Virus genome (UHGV): UHGV-2009075
From: a virus
Strand: one strand, 5' to 3'
DNA length: 32,075 bases
Positions 22,542-32,075 of this stretch are shown piece by piece; the stretch's first letter is position 1; every line of letters begins with the position of its first letter. A program made the translations under genes and the position numbers. The notes under the pieces were generated by a model. That model was not told the DNA's origin and searched no databases. It saw only the letters and a program-made list of their open reading frames with translations.

Positions 22542-23110
22542 AAACGGGGGCTGAAGCCATCCGGGCACTGGCCACACAGCTCCCGGCGTTTCGTCAGAAA
22601 CTGAGCGACGGCTGGTATCAGGTACGGATTGCCGGGCGGGACGTCAGCACGTCCGGGTTAACGGCGCAGTTACATGAGACTCTGCCTGATGGCGCTGTGA
22701 TTCATATTGTTCCCAGAGTCGCCGGGGCCAAGTCAGGTGGCGTATTCCAGATTGTCCTGGGGGCTGCCGCCATTGCCGGATCATTCTTTACCGCCGGAGC
22801 CACCCTTGCAGCATGGGGGGCAGCCATTGGGGCCGGTGGTATGACCGGCATCCTGTTTTCTCTCGGTGCCAGTATGGTACTTGGTGGTGTGGCGCAGATG
22901 CTGGCACCGAAAGCCAGGACGCCCACGGCAGCAAGTACAGATAACGGCAAACAGAACACCTATTTCTCCTCACTGGATAACATGGTTGCCCAGGGCAATG
23001 TTCTGCCCGTTCTGTACGGTGAAATGCGCGTGGGGTCGCGGGTGGTCTCTCAGGAGATCAGCACGGCAGACGAAGGGGATGGTGGTCAGGTTGTGGTGAT
23101 TGGTCGCTGA
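22439..23110 (+). CDS. I: Tail tip assembly protein I
   Basis: 223-aa product MAATHTLPLASPGMARICLYGDLQRFGRRIDLRVKTGAEAIRALATQLPAF ... as lambda gpI. Confidence 0.9.
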   Translation: MAATHTLPLASPGMARICLYGDLQRFGRRIDLRVKTGAEAIRALATQLPAFRQKLSDGWYQVRIAGRDVSTSGLTAQLHETLPDGAVIHIVPRVAGAKSGGVFQIVLGAAAIAGSFFTAGATLAAWGAAIGAGGMTGILFSLGASMVLGGVAQMLAPKARTPTAASTDNGKQNTYFSSLDNMVAQGNVLPVLYGEMRVGSRVVSQEISTADEGDGGQVVVIGR

Positions 23111-23166
23111 TGAAAAACGTTTATGTGAAACCGCCTCCGGGCGGTTTTGTCGTTTATGGAGCGTGA

Positions 23167-26568
<3,402 letters not shown>

Positions 26569-26586
26569 ATTTTATAACCCATAACG

Positions 26587-26610
26587 GGCGTCAGAAATGA
26601 CGCCTTTTTT
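26587..26610 (+). terminator. Intrinsic terminator after J
   Basis: ggcgtc agaaat gacgcc followed by tttttt. Confidence 0.7.
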
Positions 26611-26634
26611 ATTGCAGAAAAGCGAGAGGTAATT

Positions 26635-27234
26635 ATGCGTAAACTTTATGCCGCCATTTTGTCCGCAGCCATTTGTCTGGCCGTATCCGGTGCGCCTGCA
26701 TGGGCGTCTGAACATCAGTCCACGCTGAGCGCGGGGTATCTTCATGCCCGGACGAACGTTCCCGGCAGTGATGATCTGAACGGGATTAACGTGAAATACC
26801 GTTATGAGTTTACGGACACACTGGGGATGGTGACGTCGTTCAGCTATGCAGGAGACAAGAATCGCCAGCTGACCCATTACAGCGATACCCGCTGGTATGA
26901 AGATTCCGTGCGTAACCGCTGGTTCAGCGTGATGGCGGGGCCGTCTGTACGCGTGAATGAATGGTTCAGCGCGTATGCGATGGCGGGTGTGGCTTACAGC
27001 CGTGTGTCGACTTTTTCCGGGGATTATATCCGCGTAACTGACAATAAGGGGAAAACGCACGATGTGCTGACCGGAAGTGATGACGGTCGCCACAGCAACA
27101 CGTCTCTGGTGTGGGGGGCTGGCGTGCAGTTTAACCCGACCGAATCCGTGGCCATTGATGTCGCTTATGAAGGCTCCGGCAGTGGTGACTGGCGCACTGA
27201 CGGGTTCATCGTGGGTGTTGGTTATAAATTCTGA
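26635..27234 (+). CDS. lom: Outer-membrane protein Lom (Ail/Lom family beta-barrel)
   Basis: 199-aa product with signal peptide MRKLYAAILSAAICLAVSGAPAWA and C-terminal ...GFIVGVGYKF, as lambda Lom. Confidence 0.9.
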   Translation: MRKLYAAILSAAICLAVSGAPAWASEHQSTLSAGYLHARTNVPGSDDLNGINVKYRYEFTDTLGMVTSFSYAGDKNRQLTHYSDTRWYEDSVRNRWFSVMAGPSVRVNEWFSAYAMAGVAYSRVSTFSGDYIRVTDNKGKTHDVLTGSDDGRHSNTSLVWGAGVQFNPTESVAIDVAYEGSGSGDWRTDGFIVGVGYKF

Positions 27235-27260
27235 TTAGCCAGGTAACACAGTGTTATGAC

Positions 27261-27287
27261 AGCCCGCCGGTTCAGGCGGGCTTTTTT
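27261..27287 (+). terminator. Intrinsic terminator after lom
   Basis: agcccgcc ggttca ggcgggct followed by tttttt. Confidence 0.7.
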
Positions 27288-27298
27288 GTGGGGTGAAT

Positions 27299-30200
27299 AT
27301 GGCAGTAAAGATTTCAGGTGTACTGAAAGACGGCACAGGAAAACCGGTACAGAACTGCACAATCCAGCTGAAAGCAAAACGTAACAGTACCACGGTGGTG
27401 GTAAACACGCTGGCCTCAGAAAATCCGGATGAAGCCGGGCGTTACAGCATGGACGTTGAGTACGGTCAGTACAGCGTTATTCTGTTGGTGGAAGGATTCC
27501 CGCCGTCACATGCCGGGACCATCACCGTGTATGAAGATTCTCAACCTGGTACGCTGAATGATTTTCTCGGTGCCATGACGGAGGATGATGCCCGTCCGGA
27601 GGCTCTGCGCCGTTTTGAACTGATGGTGGAAGAGGTGGTGCGTAACGCGTCCGCGGTGGCACAGAACACGGCAGCCGCGAAGAAGTCAGCCGGCGATGCC
27701 GGCACATCTGCCCGTGAGGCGGCAACCCATGCGACTGATGCTGCAGGCTCAGCACGCGCAGCCAGCACGTCAGCAGGACAGGCCGCGTCGTCGGCTCAGT
27801 CAGCGTCTTCCAGCGCAGGAACGGCATCAACAAAGGCCACTGAAGCGGAAAAAAGTGCTGCCGCTGCAGAGTCCTCAAAAAGCGCGGCGGCCACCAGTGC
27901 CGGTGCGGCGAAAAAGTCAGAAACGAATGCGGCAGCGTCACAACAATCAGCAGCCACTTCTGCATCCACCGCGACCACGAAAGCGTCAGAAGCTGCCACC
28001 TCAGCCCGGGATGCGGCGGCCTCAAAAGAGGCAGCGAAATCATCAGAAACGAACGCATCCTCGAGCGCCAGTAGCGCAGCTTCCTCGGCAACGGCGGCAG
28101 GAAATTCCGCGAAGGCGGCAAAAACGTCCGAGACGAACGCCAGGTCTTCTGAGACGGCAGCGGGACAGAGCGCCTCAGCTGCGGCAGGCTCAAAAACAGC
28201 GGCTGCGTCGTCTGCCAGTGCCGCGTCAACAAGTGCCGGGCAGGCCTCAGCCAGTGCCACCGCCGCCGGAAAATCGGCAGAAAGTGCCGCATCGTCTGCT
28301 TCAACAGCCACAACGAAGGCTGGCGAAGCCACTGAACAGGCCAGCGCAGCAGCGAGGTCAGCTTCCGCAGCGAAGACATCCGAAACGAACGCGAAAGCGT
28401 CGGAAACCCGTGCAGAATCCTCAAAAACGGCTGCCGCATCGTCCGCCAGTTCGGCGGCGTCATCGGCCTCATCGGCGTCTGCTTCAAAAGATGAGGCGAC
28501 CAGACAGGCATCAGCAGCGAAAGGCAGCGCCACGACGGCATCCACGAAAGCAACAGAGGCGGCAGGCAGTGCGACGGCAGCATCTCAGAGCAAAACTACT
28601 GCTGAATCCGCTGCGACCCGTGCGGAAGCTGCTGCTGATCGTGCTGAAGAGATTGCCGGTGCAGTTGCGATGGAAGACGCAAGCCTTACAACTAAAGGTG
28701 TTGTGAAACTTAGCAGTGCTGTTGATAGCACCAGTGAATCGCTGGCCGCAACGCCAAAAGCAGTTAAAGCAGCCAATGACAATGCGAATAGCAGGGTGCC
28801 ATCTAACCGAAAAGTTAACGGAAAAGCACTGACTGCGGATATAACATTAACGCCGAAAGATATTGGTACTTTAAATTCAGTAACGATGTCTTTCTCTGGC
28901 GGGGCTGGGTGGTTCAAACTGGCTACGGTTACCATGCCACAAGCGAGTTCCATCGTTTACATCGCATTGATTGGTGGCGCTGGTTACAACGTCGGTTCCC
29001 CACATCAGGCAGGCATTTCAGAACTGGTTCTACGAGCAGGCAATGGAAACCCCAAAGGAATTACCGGGGCTTTGTGGAAGCGTACAGCCGTCGGATTAAC
29101 GAATTTCGCCTGGATCAACACATCCGGCGATACATATGATATTTACGTTGAGATTGGCAATTATGCGACGAGTGTAAATATCCATTGGGATTGTACTGCA
29201 AATGCGTCAGTTTCTGTTTATACCTCGCCAACATATTCAGCGAGTAAGCCTTCCAGCGTTACCTATGGTGTTGTTTATACGATGTATAGCTCACATCAGA
29301 AACCTACACCATCAGATATTGGAGCACTGCCAACAACCGGAGGAACAGTTTCAGGTCCGTTGTCTGTTACAGGTGGATTAACTGGTTCATTGAATGGTAA
29401 TGCAAGTACAGCCACGAAATTGCAGACGGCAAGATCTATCGGTGGAGTTGTTTTCGACGGTTCTGCAAATATTAACCTTCCAGGTGTAAACACTACGGGT
29501 AATCAGAACACCACTGGTAATGCTGCAACTGCTACAAAACTTCAGACTGCAAGAAAAATATCCGGTGTTCCATTTGATGGTTCTACTGATATCACTTTAA
29601 CCGCCGCGCATGTGGCTGCTTTTGCCAGAAGGGCAACGGATACATATGCCGATGCGGATGGTGGCGTTCCCTGGAATGCCGAATCAGGCGCTTACAATGT
29701 CACCCGCTCTGGCGACACCTATATTCTGGTTAACTTCTATACCGGAGTCGGAAGTTGCCGGACCTTGCAGATGAAGGCACATTACAGAAATGGAGGTCTG
29801 TTCTACCGTTCCTCAAGAGATGGCTATGGTTTTGAGGAAGACTGGGCAGAAGTTTATACCTCGAAAAATCTTCCACCAGAAAGCTACCCAGTCGGCGCAC
29901 CAATCCCGTGGCCATCAGATACCGTTCCGTCTGGTTATGCCCTGATGCAGGGGCAGACTTTTGACAAATCTGCATACCCGAAACTTGCAGCCGCTTATCC
30001 GTCAGGCGTGATCCCTGATATGCGTGGCTGGACGATTAAGGGCAAGCCCGCCAGTGGTCGGGCCGTATTGTCTCAGGAACAGGACGGCATTAAATCACAC
30101 ACCCACAGCGCCAGCGTATCCAGTACGGATTTGGGGACGAAAACCACATCGTCGTTTGATTACGGCACTAAATCCACGAATAACACTGGTGCGCATACCC

Positions 30201-30526
30201 ATAGTGTTAGCGGTACGGCTGCTTCAGCCGGTGCACATACCCATTCGATGACATTTGTTTCAGGTGGTTCCAGTGGTGCTCCGGGAAGTGGATCACCTGA
30301 TTATTCTAAATACAGTGTTAACACTTCTTCTGCAGGCGCTCATACGCACTCTGTATCGGGTACTGCTGCAAGCGCAGGTGCACACGCACATACTGTCGGT
30401 ATTGGTGCTCATACGCACTCCGTTGCGATTGGTTCACATGGACATACCATCACCGTTAACGCTGCTGGTAACGCGGAAAACACCGTCAAAAACATCGCAT
30501 TTAACTATATTGTGAGGCTTGCATAA
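27299..30526 (+). CDS. stf: Side tail fibre protein Stf, extended mosaic form (about 1075 aa)
   Basis: N-terminus [37 protein letters not shown] ... and C-terminus ...[31 protein letters not shown] match lambda Stf; long Ala/Ser/Thr-rich repeat region and an inserted central block with two TATKLQTAR-type fibre repeats. ATG at 27299 (track start 27293 is GTG). Confidence 0.9.
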   Translation: MAVKISGVLKDGTGKPVQNCTIQLKAKRNSTTVVVNTLASENPDEAGRYSMDVEYGQYSVILLVEGFPPSHAGTITVYEDSQPGTLNDFLGAMTEDDARPEALRRFELMVEEVVRNASAVAQNTAAAKKSAGDAGTSAREAATHATDAAGSARAASTSAGQAASSAQSASSSAGTASTKATEAEKSAAAAESSKSAAATSAGAAKKSETNAAASQQSAATSASTATTKASEAATSARDAAASKEAAKSSETNASSSASSAASSATAAGNSAKAAKTSETNARSSETAAGQSASAAAGSKTAAASSASAASTSAGQASASATAAGKSAESAASSASTATTKAGEATEQASAAARSASAAKTSETNAKASETRAESSKTAAASSASSAASSASSASASKDEATRQASAAKGSATTASTKATEAAGSATAASQSKTTAESAATRAEAAADRAEEIAGAVAMEDASLTTKGVVKLSSAVDSTSESLAATPKAVKAANDNANSRVPSNRKVNGKALTADITLTPKDIGTLNSVTMSFSGGAGWFKLATVTMPQASSIVYIALIGGAGYNVGSPHQAGISELVLRAGNGNPKGITGALWKRTAVGLTNFAWINTSGDTYDIYVEIGNYATSVNIHWDCTANASVSVYTSPTYSASKPSSVTYGVVYTMYSSHQKPTPSDIGALPTTGGTVSGPLSVTGGLTGSLNGNASTATKLQTARSIGGVVFDGSANINLPGVNTTGNQNTTGNAATATKLQTARKISGVPFDGSTDITLTAAHVAAFARRATDTYADADGGVPWNAESGAYNVTRSGDTYILVNFYTGVGSCRTLQMKAHYRNGGLFYRSSRDGYGFEEDWAEVYTSKNLPPESYPVGAPIPWPSDTVPSGYALMQGQTFDKSAYPKLAAAYPSGVIPDMRGWTIKGKPASGRAVLSQEQDGIKSHTHSASVSSTDLGTKTTSSFDYGTKSTNNTGAHTHSVSGTAASAGAHTHSMTFVSGGSSGAPGSGSPDYSKYSVNTSSAGAHTHSVSGTAASAGAHAHTVGIGAHTHSVAIGSHGHTITVNAAGNAENTVKNIAFNYIVRLA

Positions 30527-31110
30527 TGGCATTCAGAATGAGTGAACAACCACGGACCATAAAAATTTATAATCTGCTGGCCGGAACTAATGAATTTATT
30601 GGTGAAGGTGACGCATATATTCCGCCTCATACAGGTCTGCCAGCAAACAGTACCGATATTGCACCGCCAGATATTCCGGCAGGCTTCGTGGCTGTTTTCA
30701 ACAGTGATGAGGCATCGTGGCATCTCGTTGAAGATCATCGGGGTAAAACGGTTTATGACGTGGCTTCCGGCGACGCGTTATTTATTTCTGAACTCGGTCC
30801 GTTACCGGAAAATGTTACCTGGTTATCGCCGGAAGGGGAGTTTCAGAAGTGGAACGGCACAGCCTGGGTGAAGGATACGGAAGCAGAAAAACTGTTCCGG
30901 ATCCGGGAGGCGGAAGAAACAAAAAACAACCTGATGCAGGTAGTCAGTGAGCATATTGCGCCGCTTCAGGATGCTGCAGATCTGGAAATTGCAACGGAGG
31001 AAGAAATCTCATTGCTGGAAGCCTGGAAAAAATATCGGGTGTTGCTGAACCGTGTTGATACATCAACTGCACCTGATATTGAGTGGCCTACGAACCCTGT
31101 CAGGGAGTAA
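30526..31110 (+). CDS. tfa: Tail fibre assembly chaperone Tfa
   Basis: 194-aa product [59 protein letters not shown] ... as lambda Tfa; ATG overlaps the stf stop. Confidence 0.9.
   Translation: MAFRMSEQPRTIKIYNLLAGTNEFIGEGDAYIPPHTGLPANSTDIAPPDIPAGFVAVFNSDEASWHLVEDHRGKTVYDVASGDALFISELGPLPENVTWLSPEGEFQKWNGTAWVKDTEAEKLFRIREAEETKNNLMQVVSEHIAPLQDAADLEIATEEEISLLEAWKKYRVLLNRVDTSTAPDIEWPTNPVRE
30947..31026 (+). repeat. Direct repeat copy 1 (tfa 3' segment); copy 2 at 31996-32075, about 88% identical over about 80 bp
   Basis: gagcatattgcgccgcttcaggatgctgcagatctggaaattgcaacggaggaagaaatctcattgctggaagcctgg versus gagtatattgcgccactgcaggatgctgtagatctggaaatcgcaacggaggaagaaagatcgttgctggaagcctga, aligned by eye. 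Confidence 0.8.
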
Positions 31111-31164
31111 TCATTGGGATTATGCCGCAGCACGTCTTAAGCAAGAACGCGCTGCGGTTGGATG

Positions 31165-31833
31165 CTATTTTTTCCCTGAAGCGGAAAACATTACTACAGT
31201 ACCTTGAACCTTGGTTTTAACATTCTCGAAATGCTCTGAGAGTATATGTGTTAAGCCTTCTTCGGAATCTTTTGTGTTTGAAAAGATGCCTTTCTGATTG
31301 TAAATGCGCATCAGTTTTTGACCGAAGCTATTGTGCACAACTCCATCGCCAAGAATTGTGGCTCCGTATAGAGTTCCATCGTCAGTTAAGGCCTGCGCCG
31401 CATTGCGTATTACACAGCTTTTTGTAGATATATTTCCAGGCAGGCAGTGAAGAAGGTAAAACATGGAAATGGAATCAAATTGACCATGTAACGCCGCGGG
31501 ATAAGGTTCAAAAACATCATGGCTAATTTTATGTTTAATTTTTGATTCCCCAGCCCTTGTAGATGCCGCGTTCAGGCTAGCTTCGTTCAAATCCATTAAA
31601 GATATCAGACTACTCTCAGGTACGTGAGTAAGGTAAAACCCAGTTCCAACACCAATATCCAGATGGTTGTTACCTAAATGTTCCAGAAAGTGTGGAAGAA
31701 GGTGTTCCTTTGTAGGACATCCCCATGCAAGCCGATTTGATACTCCCAAAACCCACCAGTCATAAAGCTTTAGGGTAAGTGGTGTGTAAATTTTAGCCCC
31801 ATCATCTGTGTTTTTTTTCATTAATTTCACCAT
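31165..31833 (-). CDS. Class I SAM-dependent methyltransferase (Rossmann fold), substrate unknown; AT-rich moron convergent with tfa
   Basis: Motif I LDIGVGTGFY, acidic post-strand residue (LISLMDLNE) and motif III-like FDSISMFYLLHCLP. No DNA-methyltransferase motifs (no DPPY, no PCQ/ENV). Two possible ATGs (31833 and 31821, the latter with a GGTGA SD). Confidence 0.75.
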   Translation of the reverse strand: MVKLMKKNTDDGAKIYTPLTLKLYDWWVLGVSNRLAWGCPTKEHLLPHFLEHLGNNHLDIGVGTGFYLTHVPESSLISLMDLNEASLNAASTRAGESKIKHKISHDVFEPYPAALHGQFDSISMFYLLHCLPGNISTKSCVIRNAAQALTDDGTLYGATILGDGVVHNSFGQKLMRIYNQKGIFSNTKDSEEGLTHILSEHFENVKTKVQGTVVMFSASGKK

Positions 31834-31889
31834 GTTATAGTTTTATTTGTGAATTAAATCAATTATGGCAATGAATTACAAGGGGTTAA

Positions 31890-32075
31890 ATGCTGCCGCA
31901 GCATAGCGATATTGAAATAGCCTGGTATGCTTCAATACAGCAGGAGCCGAATAGCTGGAAGACCGTCACCACACAGTTCTACATCCAGGAATTCAGTGAG
32001 TATATTGCGCCACTGCAGGATGCTGTAGATCTGGAAATCGCAACGGAGGAAGAAAGATCGTTGCTGGAAGCCTGA
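31890..32075 (+). CDS. Small ORF whose C-terminus repeats the Tfa C-terminal segment; second tfa-like gene or remnant, reaches the window edge
   Basis: ATG at 31890 preceded by AAGGGG; product ends ...[26 protein letters not shown], paralleling Tfa ...[30 protein letters not shown]. In-frame TGA falls on the last three bases of the window, so completeness is uncertain. Confidence 0.45.
   Translation: MLPQHSDIEIAWYASIQQEPNSWKTVTTQFYIQEFSEYIAPLQDAVDLEIATEEERSLLEA

Noticed and set aside
27522-28706. Several long ORFs on both strands (27522-28583 minus, 27696-28706 plus, 27796-28545 minus)
   Set aside because: All overlap the Ala/Ser/Thr-rich repeat region of stf; they are products of the compositional bias (GCN-rich repeats are open in several frames), with homopolymeric-like translations.

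Overview
This window is the late (lysis, packaging, head and tail) region of a lambda-like prophage from an enterobacterial (E. coli-type) genome. I found no convincing evidence of a new multi-gene system; the most interesting content is three AT-rich accessory insertions (morons) and one structured, ORF-poor spacer. All gene identifications are from reading the translated ORFs against remembered protein families; no database search was run.

Layout, left to right:
- 1-615: 3' part of an IS3-family insertion sequence (transposase OrfB, cut by the window edge), inserted into the phage nin region.
- 616-2384: nin-region remnant and ninE, ybcO, rusA, ylcG and the Q antiterminator, as in DLP12-type prophages.
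- 2573-3655 (minus strand): an intact NmpC/Lc-type outer-membrane porin between Q and the lysis genes.
- 4229-5396: a phage-21-type lysis cassette (dual-start pinholin, SAR endolysin, Rz with embedded Rz1).
- 5602-6090: an AT-rich gene with a T5orf172/GIY-YIG-like C-terminal domain, sitting where lambda carries bor.
- 6091-6768: about 680 bp with no ORF of 60 codons or more, containing two related stem-loop motifs and a 23-codon ORF with a strong ribosome-binding site.
- 6769-7470 (minus strand): a two-gene cassette, a ribbon-helix-helix protein followed by a YbcV-like protein.
- 7670-7681: cosN, followed by an essentially lambda-type morphogenetic operon in lambda order (Nu1, A, W, B, C/Nu3, D, E, FI, FII, Z, U, V, G/G-T, H, M, L, K, I, J, lom, stf, tfa).
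- 31165-31833 (minus strand): an AT-rich class I SAM-dependent methyltransferase, bracketed by an ~80-bp direct repeat of the tfa 3' end.

I saw no CRISPR array, tRNA or rRNA, but I did not scan exhaustively for them. The ORF track counts GTG/TTG as starts, so several starts below are moved to the likely true start.
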